Source: Utricularia gibba (taxonomy: Eukaryota; Plantae; Magnoliophyta). From it: a stretch of 64,000 nt of DNA. Positions 1 to 12,427 of the stretch are shown here, piece by piece (the stretch's first letter is position 1; each line of letters opens with the position of its first letter). Location of the stretch: NCBI GenBank assembly GCA_002189035.1, contig NEEC01000002.1, positions 3,348,001 to 3,412,000 of the forward strand, given 5' to 3'. The position numbers were made by a program, and so were the translations under genes. A model generated the notes under the pieces. The model was not told where the DNA came from and did no database searches. It saw only the letters and a program-made list of their open reading frames with translations.

Positions 1-189
1 TACTTTTGTCTCATCCTCTACCACTACACTATTTATATCCGGCTTCTTAGGATTTGGGTTGTCGACATGCGTTGCATTGCTCAAAGAAAACTATTAGAAC
101 TAATATTGGGACTAAATCGATTTAGTCTCAACTAGGAATAAAAAGTTCAACTATGATATTATTCGCAAAAACATAAAAATAGGCAATAA

Positions 190-1040
190 AGCTTAAATTT
201 TATAGTATAATATGAATTATTTCCTAGTATTCAATTACTCAAAAATATATGTTATCATGAAAAGTATGCATTATCAAAAACATACATTTTAATCTATGGA
301 TATTATTATAGATAGCAACTACTACTTCAGATGTATATACATTGATTCAAAGGTACATATTCAAAACTTTGTAGTGTATTTTCATCAAGTTTGTTGTCAT
401 TTACTTTATATTGCTGGCCATGTGATAAAAGTAAAAGGAAAATTACTCCTTGCTATAACTTCAAACACGAACAAAAACATTTTCCCACTGGATCATGCAT
501 TACCATAAAGTGAGAGCAAACACAATCTGACTTGGTTCTTAAAAAAATTGTTCTTGATATAAGTATCTTAGAGAAGAACGAAGTATATTTTATGGATTTC
601 TTTGGGCATTTTACCATGTATTTTCATAGATTCAGGTAGATACCCATGTTTCAGAGATACATAGTTGGTATATTGATATTATATATCATGTTGTTTTATT
701 CTTTTGGTACATAATGCCCATCATCTTATGAAAAAGGTGGTTCAAACCATACAACTAAAAGCAGCGATTGTGAATATTATATGAAAAACTGCAAAGTTTG
801 GTTAGAGGTGAACTTTGATTGCTGGATGGATATATTGAATGATAACTCAATGAAGTAACATTTCCCTTTTGTCCTATCATTTCTTTATGTACTTGAGCTA
901 CCACCGCCTTCTTCAAATTGCATACTCTTTCCATATGCCCTTTTTGGTTGCAAAATACAAAGGTCATCATTGGATTCTACCAACATTTTTTGGGAATGTA
1001 GGAGTTGGCTATTTTACAATAACACAATATGGTAAGCTCA
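190..1040 (-). mobile_element. Highly degenerate Ty1/copia gag-pol remnant (gag zinc knuckle and downstream pol traces)
   Basis: The minus strand near 900-1020 reads CKIANSYIPKKCW*NPMMTFVFCNQKGHMERVC, resembling the copia gag double knuckle (C..K.NH..KKCWWRPD..C..CNQ.GH.E..C). Weaker pol-like traces lie further left. Confidence 0.5.
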
Positions 1041-1399
1041 TCTAGTATCTTTAGTGGTTTTTAAAAATGTTGGCATGGCTTTCATTTACTGAGTTTCCTT
1101 TATGAAATTTCCTAATATCCTTTATCAATTTTCGGAAACGTTCTTTATAATTTAAAGATAAATTTCATAATATTAAAATATTTCCAAAATAAAACATGAT
1201 ACGAAATTAGTTGAACAACTAATAATCATAAAATACATCAATTGAAATTTGCCCAAATATTCTCGATCAAATCTTTTTTCAAGCAACGATGGATATTGCT
1301 ATCATGGGAATACTCTACTTGACCTAGATAATTTTGCATGTTTACTCCAACATCTCTATAATTTTTTGACCATCATAGATTAACCATACTCATCGACAA

Positions 1400-1825
1400 T
1401 GGTATTTTCAGAATTAAAATATCCTTTACTTTTAACAATCATATTATGCAGTATAATACATATATATATAATATTCCTAAAGCTTTTCGATCCCAAGCTC
1501 TTGTGGAAGATGTTAGTATCCCGAATAGACTTTGCAATATTCCAAAATTATGTTCTATGTCTTTTTTAGCACTCCCTTTGAAATGAACAAAAATACGTGC
1601 TTTTTGCCCCTGTGGAAGTGCAATAGATTTCATGAATACAGCCCAATCAAGAAAATGCCATTAGCCAAATAATATCTCATATCGTAAGCAGCACAATTTA
1701 TTTTGAATTGTACTCAAGGGGCAACATCGTTATGTGATATTGAGAAATGAAGAATGCAACATTGAGATCATTATTTGCACCTGGCATTCCAAAAAAAACA
1801 TGTAAAATCTACGTATTTGCAGATG
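1400..1825 (-). pseudogene. Harbinger transposase (DDE nuclease), C-terminal half, disabled
   Basis: Minus-strand motifs FFGMPGANNDLNV, GYYLANGI and AKKDIEHNFGILQSLFGIL match plant PIF/Harbinger transposases. Stops and frameshifts are present. Confidence 0.9.
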
Positions 1826-4800
1826 TGATATTTGAAAACTAGAATTAGAATAGGAGGAAAAGAAAAGGTAGAATAGAGAAAGATTATATATGCAATCATG
1901 ACCAATCATAAAGCGCCATGTGTTTTCATTGGCTCGCGACAACACATATAAAACATGCAGCCTGTCCAATCAGAGAGTGCCATGTGTTTTAATATGGTGT
2001 TGACATGTGCTTCATGCAGATTAAGAAAATACCATTGTGTTTTGATTATGGTGACCTGTGTCTCGATTAGAGGAATAATAGATAAGCATGTTTAACATTA
2101 TAAAAGGAGCATAAATGAAAGGAAAAGCATTTTTGGAAAGGAGAAAAACGTGAAGGATATGCTTATAGGGATATCATAAAAAATAGTTTGCATCGTTGTG
2201 AAGTTTGGTTTGCTGAGAGCTGTGTAGCGGTTTCAAAATCATGAGATTCCTCAAGCTTATAGCATAGATGTTTATGAAAGGTTGAGTTTGGAAGGAGCCG
2301 GTTTGGACAAAGGTAAGTGGGATGATGGGTTCTGTCAAGTGTCATTTTCTTATTATTTCTTAGGTTGTTTTTATGTCTAATTATGATTAGAAGTGTCTAA
2401 TTAGGGGTCTATAATATGAGATTTAGGTTTTTATCTAATTTAGGATAATTATCCTAAATCTTGTATTTTATGTAATAATTTTATTAATTTTAATTGAGTT
2501 TTTCTAGAGGTGCACACGTGGCAGAAAGTGAGAGAAAGAGGGTATCAGATGGCAACAAATTGGATCTTCTCGAGCTAACATTCCCTTGATTTCCAGAAGA
2601 TTGCAGACGCCTAATCATGAGCCTTGACGTGCGGAACACAGAAGTCTCTGACAGGCGGCATCATTGGCGTACCAGTGTCAGACGTTGCTTGCAAGTCATC
2701 CAAGTTCAGCAGAATCACAGGAACACGAAATCTCACACTCTCATTGAAGTTCCATTCTGCTCAGACGTTACAGTAGTTAGTTTAGTTTTCTCTTATATTT
2801 TTCTCTCTCTAGAGGATTTTTCCTCTAGCTTCTCTCTAGAACCTTGTTTGCGTTTCCTTTAGTTTGTATGGCCGTTCCGACTAGAAACTTCCGTTTCTGG
2901 GTTGGAACACCACCAGATCTATGTTTCGTTAGCTTATCTTCACATTTTTTTGAATTCGAACGAGTTTCGTATGTTTTCGCGCGACTATGTTGCAGTCTCT
3001 CTGTAACAGTCCCCTTATTCAAGGTTCATGGTTAGCTGATCACTACATGCGAGTTTTGGAGAGGAGCAAGGTGGAAAGCACCAACTTGAGTCCTTTTGGC
3101 AGGAGGAAGACAACGTTTTGTCTGTGGCCGTACCTTAGGATCAATGGACAGGTAGTGACCTCGTATCTGGACTCATTGGGTCATTGGCAACACTCAGGCA
3201 CATGCGCGCAATTCGGCCGTGAGGGTACGCTGGCAGGACCTCTTATTCCCATGTTCGTCCAAGGAGGAGCAACATCGGGCTATTCCCGTGCCTTCTTGCA
3301 AGAGAGTGTAAGGGAGGGTAGGCAATTCCTTACTCCTATAACCGAGTAGTTGAGAAGACCAGAGAAGAGTGAACACGCAACGAACATAGCTGGACAGGAT
3401 TCCAAACCCAGGAACATTTACTTTATTTAAGGTTCATCGCTTACATTTATTTCAGTTGTCTGTTCAAAACCCTCTTATTCCCTTACTCAAGCTTCATCAC
3501 CAACGTTTCTCACACTTTTTACCTTCAAAACCGTTTACAAATCGTGACAATTGTATTCGGGGTGCCTCACCTTTCACTCAAAAACAACTCCCTGTGTTCG
3601 ACCCGTACTACGCTTTTGTGTTTTACGAGTTTTAAAAGTATTAAAATTTGTTGTGGAAACGACACGCATCAGGTTCTGAATTTATGTGCTGTGCTCTACA
3701 TGTAAATATGTGCTTCTTTGTGTTTCATGACTTTTATCTGCTGATTGGCTATGTTTATGGAGTATGATTAATGTGACATCGCTTTATCCTTTGTCTATGT
3801 TTCAAAAAGATATTATTGGTTTGGAGATGGGATCATGATGTTATGGGTTTTATCTTTTAAAACCTTTGAAACTTGACAAGTCCTAGAAACTGATTTTTCA
3901 ATCCAATCTCTTAATTTCGTAACTTTCTACTGGGTGCTTGAATTTATGTTATTTCTATTACTGAATAAAGCCCTGCTCCTTAGCTTTCAAATGATTTTTA
4001 TTTAGTAATTTTAAGGAAAGATTCATGAAATATGACATGGTTTTCATTTATATTGTGATATATTATGAGATTAAGGTGCAATATTTTGAAGTATAAAACT
4101 TATAGGGAGCTATGGATGCACACTCCTATATGTCAAGCATACTTGAGGCAACTCCTTTTGGAGTTTTAGTCACCAAATGGTATGAGGCTAAAGAATGGAA
4201 AAAGGGCAAAGAGGCTGCAACCGTATGGAGTTAGTAAAGGGGGTGGCACCCCTTTATTGATTTCATAAGGCCAAAGCCAAAAGGAACTTCTTGATCTTGG
4301 CTTCTAAGGTTGCTAGACTAGAGTTACTAAGATCAAGAGGGTGCAACCATGCACGTAAATGATCACATTGTTAATGGACTCATAATATGTCAAATGTTAT
4401 TGCTTATTCTTGATTTCTGATGAACCTTTATTTTGAATGGATACATACTTGCTCTACATGGTCTTATTGATTAAATGAATTGTATTCAATGTCTTAACCA
4501 CTAATTATTCCAGGTAATGAACGGGAAAGGCAGGACTAGGTGGTGTGATCCAGGTTGTAGGAAAAAGGATCTCATTGCCAATCATTTTGGAGTCTCTTGG
4601 TTGTGGGCCTAACTTGGTCGTTCAGAATAGAGCTCGCATCCAAACTAGTTCTTATGTTTCTAGGTTGTCTTGTGAATTCTTGAAACATTAAGTTTGTGTA
4701 GGGAGTCATGTCAGCTAAACTATTATGTTGTCCACCATGTTGTATAATGGTTATGTGAATTACTTTTATTTTTGCTTAACCTCTTACTATGTGATGCAAC

Positions 4801-4920
4801 CTAAAGTAATCCAATCTCCCTATCAATTTAAGTTGGTAGGATAATACAACCTTATGTTCCTTTTTGAGAACATGACATCAAAGTCTAAATTTATAAAGTA
4901 TGAATTTCGGCCTTCATAGT
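1826..4920. mobile_element. Unclassified ~1.75-kb insertion (LTR-like) splitting the Harbinger transposase, itself interrupted by a solo LTR
   Basis: Removing it rejoins the transposase LEA(V)AS..TWI.H motif. Flanks AGATG (1821-1825) and AGAGG (4921-4925) look like a 5-bp TSD with one mismatch. It starts TGATA, but the 3' end is not a clean CA. Confidence 0.5.
2333..3671 (+). mobile_element. Solo LTR, Athila-like Ty3/gypsy
   Basis: TG...CA termini (TGTCAAGTG...GCATCA) with perfect 5-bp TSD GGTTC. Homologous to 32870-34167 (shared AGAGTGTAAGGGAG.GTAGG..ATTCCT..CTCCTATAACC). Confidence 0.9.
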
Positions 4921-5560
4921 AGAGGCTATGCTTCTAATATAAGTGATGGTTTGCGATAATCTTCAAACTTAAATTGACCCTGCAGTTGAACAAATTTTCC
5001 ATTCTCAATGCATACACTCCACATTACCAACCATGCCTGGAAAGCCCCGAGATTTTCCCAAGCAAGCAAATGTTCCACGTATTCAATTGTAAGGGCTCTT
5101 AAATATTGTTCTGAAAAAAAAAATATGAATAGCAACGACAAAATGTCAAATACATTAGATAGCTTTTGAATCTCCAATTCGAACATATTCATCTACACTA
5201 TCAGCATAGGAAGCATAAGCTAACATATATATAGCAGCCGCGCATTTTTACCAAAGGCTTTGCCCTAGACGGTCCCTACAATCTACCTTTTCTTAAAAAA
5301 GTTAATCATGACTTTGGAGAGTCTCAATTATTCTTTCAAATAAAGATCTTTTCATTCAAAATCTCTTGTCGAATTGTTCATCTGTGTAAGTTTTGTCATT
5401 GTAAAAATAATCAGTTACCAACATTTCATATTGGCATTGGCCGTGGCTATCTTGAGGTTTCCTATTGCTTCGCATGTGTTTTCATCGTGGATGAAACCTA
5501 ATCCCTGTTGAACAATTGCTGCATAAATCTACATTATCTTCTATGAAAATTTCACTATAT
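4921..5560 (-). pseudogene. Harbinger transposase, N-terminal half, disabled
   Basis: The minus strand reads LVTDYF..., AAIYMLAYASYADSVDEYVRIGDS and FSEQYLRA...KPSLILEA, matching the PIF consensus (NDYF; AAIRMLAYG..D..DEY.R.GEST; KPTIILEA). Confidence 0.9.
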
Positions 5561-5999
5561 GACTTCCAAAAGGTGAATTTATGATGTGAATAGAATTAAA
5601 ATTACATTTACGTTCTTAAATAGACAAAATTTTCAACTACTTTTTTTTATTTTTCCCTATCACTTTTAAATTTTATCTACCACTTTTATTTTCACCTACC
5701 ATTTTTTAATTTTATCTCCACTTTTATTTTCATCTACCATCATTTAATTTTACCTATCATTTTTATTTTTATCTAATAATATAAACTGTACTTACCACTT
5801 TCATATTCACCTAACAATATTATTTGCATCAATGACTTACATTTGAACCTAATAATATTATTTGCACTTGTATCATTTAAATAAAATCCAATGTTTATAA
5901 AAATAAAATAACATAAGTAGATCGAAATGAATCCAAATATTAATAAAATCGAGCAATACATCAAATTTTAAAATAGACAAAACATAATTAAAAGAAAAA

Positions 6000-6490
6000 T
6001 CATTCCAAGTTCGAAGGATCATCGATATACTTCAATCAATCATTTGAATCGGAGAGATTAGCATAGGCATTATCCTCATTGTCTTTCGAAATGTCATGAG
6101 CTATAATTAAGCTCTTAGCCTTTGCAAGAACATGAAATGTCATCTCATACATTTCCTTTTATCCATGACTCATCTTACTTGCATCATTTTGGCACATCTA
6201 CAAATAGAGATAGGTAAAATATGATTGATTATAGATTTCCATCAACTTATTTTTTTCTGAAGCTCATAATGTAAGTTGTTGACAACATCCTTATATTCTC
6301 CAAATGATTTCTCATTGACAGCACTAGTAGAATCCATCAATTGTTTCTCTTGTAATTTACGCTTCACAACCTTTTGTGCTATAGGTCTCTCTTTTTTTTC
6401 AACACTTTGAGAAGATTGCAAAGGTTCAGTAAGTTATCCAATTTTCAAGCTCTCCAACAAACCTTTTCTCATGGCATGATTTGTTACCTT
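6000..6490 (-). pseudogene. Harbinger ORF1 (Myb/SANT, NAM-associated type) remnant
   Basis: ERPIAQKVVK resembles the RPIG.KAAK motif. It lies upstream of the transposase, in the same orientation and inside the TIRs. Very decayed. Confidence 0.5.
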
Positions 6491-6544
6491 GCAAAAAAGA
6501 TATATACTTAGATGTGATGAAATTTGATTTTAGCAAAATAATAA

Positions 6545-6716
6545 TGGCATGTTTGGTAGGATAAATAAGAGTCTAAATCCTTTGATGTTAATAAATTAGG
6601 ATGTTTGGTAAACATGATTTGATAATCCTCATGATTTCAAAAACACTTCCAAAACATATCAATAAAGGATTTAAAATCAAACATTTGGATACCAATCCAT
6701 CCTATCATACATGCCC
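6545..6716. mobile_element. Tourist-like MITE
   Basis: TIRs TGGCATGTTTGGTAGGAT and (rc) GGGCATGTATGATAGGAT. TAA TSD on both sides (6542-6544, 6717-6719). 172 bp, non-coding. Confidence 0.8.
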
Positions 6717-7241
6717 TAAAAGTATATCCACGAACATTCATTTCTAGTCAAAACACAAAACTTCCCAACACTTAATATCAACAAAATCTTTCTTTTCCTC
6801 ACTTAAATATGTACATACATATTTTTAAAAATGATAAAGCCAATAGACATATAAAAATCAGCAAATGTAGAGAAAATCAGAAAAAATCACATAGTAGAAA
6901 AAGAACAAATCTAATGTATAGCATAAAAAAAGCTAAGGATTTAAAAGTAGGAAGGAAAAACAATGAAAAATGGCCTGAAAAGAGATAGAATGTACCTGGA
7001 AGGAGTTCAAAGATAGTAGCAAAGAGAATCTAAGGAAGTAGGGCACATAAGAAGAATCTGAAAGAGTTTAGATGAAGAAAACGTATGATACAGATTCTTC
7101 TAGGCTTTATAAAGTCGTGTTTCTGCAAGGAAATGAGGCTTTTTTAAGTCTCGTTTCCCCAAATTAATGATTGTCCTAAGTTTTATAGTGGTTTTCAGAA
7201 AACCACATCAACATTTTTGGAAACCACTAAAGATGCTCTTA

Positions 7242-7620
7242 GTGTTAGATATCGAAGTTGATGTCTGAGCATGAGGTTTATTAGGATCATGTGATAGCAA
7301 GGGACTTTTCTTCATGATTCATAGGTTTTTTGTGAAGCTCAATATGCTCCAAGTTTTCAAGAAGTTCCATTTGGGTTAACATTCTAATGCACCCAATTAC
7401 AATCAAGGAGGCTATTATTAAGTTATAGGAGGTAAGTAAAGCATTGAAAATAATATCTTATAGATGTTCCTAATCAGAGAGAGCACCCCAATAATCTTAG
7501 TTTCTTGTCAGGTGCTTTGATGGTGTTAGTTAGAAAATCAAATGTCTCATCTAGATTAATCTAGACAAATACAAGGCTTACTAGGTTATTGAGACTTAAT
7601 CTAGTAATATCTTACATTGT
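7242..7620 (-). mobile_element. Degenerate copia gag (UBN2-like) remnant, probably the upstream part of the element cut by the Harbinger
   Basis: Minus-strand fragments such as LTQMELLENLEHIE resemble the copia gag LT..EL...LE..E motif. Orientation and domain order fit 190-1040. Confidence 0.35.
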
Positions 7621-7774
7621 GGGCAAATGTAGTACTGCTTTATCAAGCCTTAATACTATGATTGTTACAACGAATGAACACCTTATATTTGAATTATGTT
7701 CAACTCGATTAGGATCGCTTATTTTTATTTGTAGTATAAACAAACAAACACAAACAACATATATGTTCGATTAA

Positions 7775-10700
7775 GAGTTAATTTCAAAAACTGATTATAA
7801 TGTTGTCATGTTTTCAAAAATGCGTCATAATGTATAAAATGAGTTATATTCAGTCACAATACTTTTCATCAATTGCAAAATTCAGTCACATGGTAGAATT
7901 AGTAACCAGAGATTATAGAAAGTTACTAAAATACCCTCTCCAATATAATGCACCATTTCCTACAATTTCACCTCATTTGGGCGCGATTTTAGGTGTTGGT
8001 CGAACACCAGAAATTGGCAGAAAATGGGATTGGGTAACAGCGGTGGCTTGCGGAATCACACAAGCGAGTTGCACTTTGAAGGTAAGTTTTTTGGTTTACA
8101 CTATGGCGCAAAAATTATCCGTCGATTTGGGAGACAGAAGTATGTTGATGGTAAGGATACCTACATTGATGTGTTAGATCCGAGAGTTTTTTCATTGCAA
8201 TACTTTCGTGAAATTGCTGCTTCCTATGGCTATGAAAATGCACAATTAGTTAGTGTGTGGATGAAATGTTGCAATGATATTAAGGAAATCGTTAGTGAGA
8301 TTGAGGTTAATGAATGTATTGATATACTAGAAAAAGATGGTCCCTTAGAAATACTACTGGTAGGAGATAGAAATTCCAGCGCAACCGAGAAGCATGATGA
8401 TGATTTGATGCCAAAAAATTTAGGTAATTTATTGTTATTGTTTAATGGCATTATGGTAAATGAATTATGATTTAATAGCATTTGGAATAAACTTTGCAGG
8501 GAACATGTTTGATGAGGTTGGAGATGTGTTAGAAGGCTGTAGAAGGTTACCCAAAGAAAGAGGAGAGACAATAGAAGCCATTGAAGAGCATACTTGTGTT
8601 GAAGGTAATTTATACATACTTTAGCTGTTGGTATTTTTCTATATTGTTACTTTGAATTTTGTGACAGATGTGTTGATTGAAAAGATTGAAAATCTGCTAG
8701 AAGTACGCCACCATGTGCATCAAAAAGTAAGACTATGAAAGCTATGTTTACATTTTCAGTGATGTTTACAAATAAAAGAATACTAACCAAAGATTCTAAA
8801 TCCTTTAGCAGAGAGTTCTTGTTCAACTAAACCGAAACGCAAAAAAATGACTGCGAAAAGAAGTTCTAGAGGTTGGAAAAAGGTTAGTTATATGGTAACT
8901 TTCCTAATTTCACATTATGATTTTTTTCTAAATTTCATAAGATAATATTCTTTTAGGTTGTATTGCAGAGGATAACACCGATCATGGCTCAGGCTGTAAG
9001 TTCATAGATAATGCTATAAGGTGCCACGGTCGAAAAGGAAAAAGCAAGTCAATAGATGGAATTGAACAACAAGATGAACCAGGTGGTTCAGATTCAGAAT
9101 TTTGGAGGGATGAGTTAAATGTGTTTAAGAAGCATAATACAACAAGTGAGGCTCTCGTGGGACAAGGTGCTACCTCTCAACATACATCTATAGCTACAAA
9201 AAAAAGTATGCCTAATATCTTTGAAGATAATGAGGTTGGTATGGTAACTGAAGATGAAGACTTTGATAGTTTAGATAGTGACGAAGATGAGTTACAACAA
9301 GGATGCCAAGCCAAGGTTAGAAGGTTCAACTCAAAGATAGAAATGGCCAATCCTGTTCTACAAAAGGGCCTTATTTAGTAGTAAACAGGAAGCAAAGATG
9401 GCAATTAAAAACAACGACTTTAAGAATGGGAAGGACATCATTTTTTTGACCAACAATCGACAGCGGTTGGCGGCATACTACAGGATCAAAGCATGTAAGT
9501 GGATGATCAATGTTTCGCAGACAAAAAATGACAAAGGATGGACTGTGAAATCATATCATGAGAAGCACACTGCTTGTGGTAGGCTGCGTAAGCTGATGTC
9601 AATGAAATCACGGTGGTTAGGTAAAGAGTATGCTAAGTTTGTTGCCGAACATCCCAAAGTGTCAACGCAAGATTTTAGGAAGCATGTTGTGGCGACCTTA
9701 AAGGCGGATATTTCTAAGGCGCAGGCTCACTGTGGTAGAGCAGCACTTAGTGGGATAGCACGTGAGCAATGGAAAAAACTTAGAAGTTACTTAGGTGAGC
9801 TATGAGTTGTCAATCCGGACTCTCCTATTGTGTTGAAGACAACCGGTGAAACAAATGCTGAAGACAAAAAATTTCAGGGAGTTTCTATATGTTTTGGAGC
9901 CATTAAGAAGAACTTTAAAAACGGTTGTCGTAAATTCATTGGACTAGATGGTTGCTTCTTGAAAGGGCTGTTTGTGGTCAATTACTTACTGCTGTTGGCC
10001 TAGATGCAAATAACTCTGTTTTCCCTTATGCTTTTGCAGTAGTAGAGAAGGAGAATTTTTTCAACTGGAGGTGGTTCATTGAACTTCTAAAAAGGGATTT
10101 AGAAGTTGGCAATGGGAAGTTTTGGACATTCATGTCCGATAAAAAAAAGGGATTAGTTGAATGCTTTGAAGAGTTACTACCTGAAGCAAAAAACCATTTT
10201 TGTGTTCGGCACTTGCACGGTAATATGAAAAGGGCAGGGTTCACTGGTATGGCAGTTAAAAAACTGGTGTGGGCAGCAGGTAGATCATCACGGGTGGAAG
10301 TGTGGAAGCATCACATGAGATGAAAGAAAAATTTCATGATGCATATGAATGGCTTCATAAAAGGGATTCGGTAGAATGGAGTAAGGCATTTTTTTCTCCA
10401 TTTGCTAAGTGTGATGCCCTCTTGAACAACTACTGTGAGTGTTTTAATTCTATGTTACTTGAAGCACGTGAACTGCCTATCATCCAATTGTTAGAGGGCA
10501 TTAGAAATTTGTTGATGATTCGGATTTATAGCATAAGGACTCAATGTTTAAAATGGGAATGCCAGTTATGTCCTAGGATAAAATCTTGGTTGGACAAATT
10601 AGAGGATGATGCAACAGAATACTTTGCAATGCAGAGCGATGAGAACAATTATCAAGTAGTTGGTCCATACATGACTAGAACTGTCAATTTACTAGAAAAA

Positions 10701-12427
10701 ACGTGTAGTTGTGGGTCTTGATAGTTAACTTCATTTCCATGGTGTCATGCGGTGGCTGCAATATGGCGTAAAGGTCAGAAGGTTGAAAACTATATTGATA
10801 AGTGCTACAAGACAAGCGCTTGGATCAGCCAATATCAACACTCAATCGGGTGTGTTTCTAGTGAAGACCTATGGAAGCATTCTGCTGTTCCTTCTCCGTT
10901 ACCCCCAAATTATGCAAAAGGTGCTGATAGGCCAAAAAATGCCAGGAAACGCAATCCTGAAGAGCCTCCCCCAGTTAAAAATCTGAATCGAGCACAAGGG
11001 CTAACAAGGGAGTCCAACCAATGCAGCTCATGCCAACAAGTTGGCCACAACAAACGAACTTGCAAGAAGCTACAAAAAAACTAAGAGCATTTTGTAAGCT
11101 TTCTTCAGCATTTGTTAAACACATTTTTTCTATTCAATTTATCGCTAACATTGTTCTTCATTCATGCCATAGCAAACTCAAGAAAGCACTGTAAACCAAC
11201 TAGTTGGAAATGATACTCTATTTCCCACAGATGATCCAACACCACAGGTAGAAACTACCAACCAAATAGCAGCATTGGGTTCCGCAGATCAGGTATGTTA
11301 TATTAAAACTTATGATTCCAACAATTTTGTGTGGTATACAAAATATGTCATTTTTTAGGTTGCTACAAAGAGGAAACGGCCAGCATCTCAACATCAGCCT
11401 GTAGAGCAACATAAGAAGAAAAAAAAATTGCGGGTAACTAGGCTTACTTTGCTTATTATACACTATTAAATAATGTTCCTAGCTAACAATTTTTTTTGTA
11501 CAGAATACAAAGGTACCACTACACCTGCATCTACACGATTAACTTTTCCCATTTCTTATAACATAAGAGTTGTGAATGCACTGGTGATTGTTAAAGGTAA
11601 CAACAACTATATCACTTTGTCTAATCTTAAAAATAGCTTGAAAAAAAAAATAGTTGCCCACCAACCAAACCATCAACGTTGAGACAATGTTTCAAGGACT
11701 ATGTTTTTATGGAGATTTTGTTGTTGACATTTAAATATATTTTATGTGAATGAGATTTGATCTTTGGCATTTTGACATACTGTAACTTTCCAATAATACA
11801 ATGATTCAATCTATAAGAAATCCAAAATCAAGTTGAATTCGATTATAAAATATTATTCTCATGATTAGCTCTCCATTGTATTTAAAATCATACACATATT
11901 CATTAAGTTATAAAAATAAAATATTATATTGATCTAAATTTATTTTTAAAAAAAGATATGATTAAAATGAGAATGGCTATTTTGAGTTCTTATATTTAAA
12001 TAAAATTATTTAGCTAATCAATACAATGATTAAGACTATCTAGTTATTTAGATTCCAATTATTTAATATTAAAAAGAAAAAAAGATGGTTGAGATTGAAA
12101 ATTATTTAATAGTTGCCCCAGCATCTAATGCCAAATAATTCCATAATTTGTTAATTAGTGGAGGATTTAACACCAATAAAAGCATAGTTTTCTTAATTGT
12201 GAATAAACAATGCAACTTTAGTCATTGCAACTCTTATTTCCTTATTTTTTATTTATTAACTTCAAGGGTATTTTAGTGACTTCCTATAATCTCTGGTTGC
12301 TAATTCCACCGTGTGACTGAATTTTGTAATCGATGAAAAGTATTGTGATTGAATATAACTCATTTTATACATTATGACGCATGTTTGAAAACAAGACAAC
12401 ATTATAACTAGTTTTTGAAATTATCTC
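7775..12427 (+). mobile_element. Full-length Mutator-like element (MULE)
   Basis: ~160-bp TIRs (7775-~7935 and ~12266-12427) beginning GAG. 9-bp TSD TTCGATTAA / TTTGATTAA. Transposase inside. Confidence 0.95.
8024..11682 (+). pseudogene. MuDRA-like transposase, multi-exon, disabled by stops and frameshifts
   Basis: PB1-like N-terminus (LHFEGKF...Y.DG), MuDR DNA-binding region, MULE domain (GLDGCFL; GQLLTAVGLDANN; FMSDKKKGL; HFCVRHL), SWIM finger (CSCG) and zinc knuckle CSSCQQVGHNKRTC. Confidence 0.92.

Larger units (their letters stand above)
1043..7238 (-). mobile_element. Degenerate PIF/Harbinger DNA transposon (two-ORF type) with nested insertions
   Basis: Inverted termini: left TAGTATCTTTAGTGGTTTTTAAAAATGTTG, right reverse complement GAGCATCTTTAGTGGTTTCCAAAAATGTTG. 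TTA follows the right end, but the left TSD is not preserved. Transposase and ORF1 remnants lie inside on the minus strand. Confidence 0.85.
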
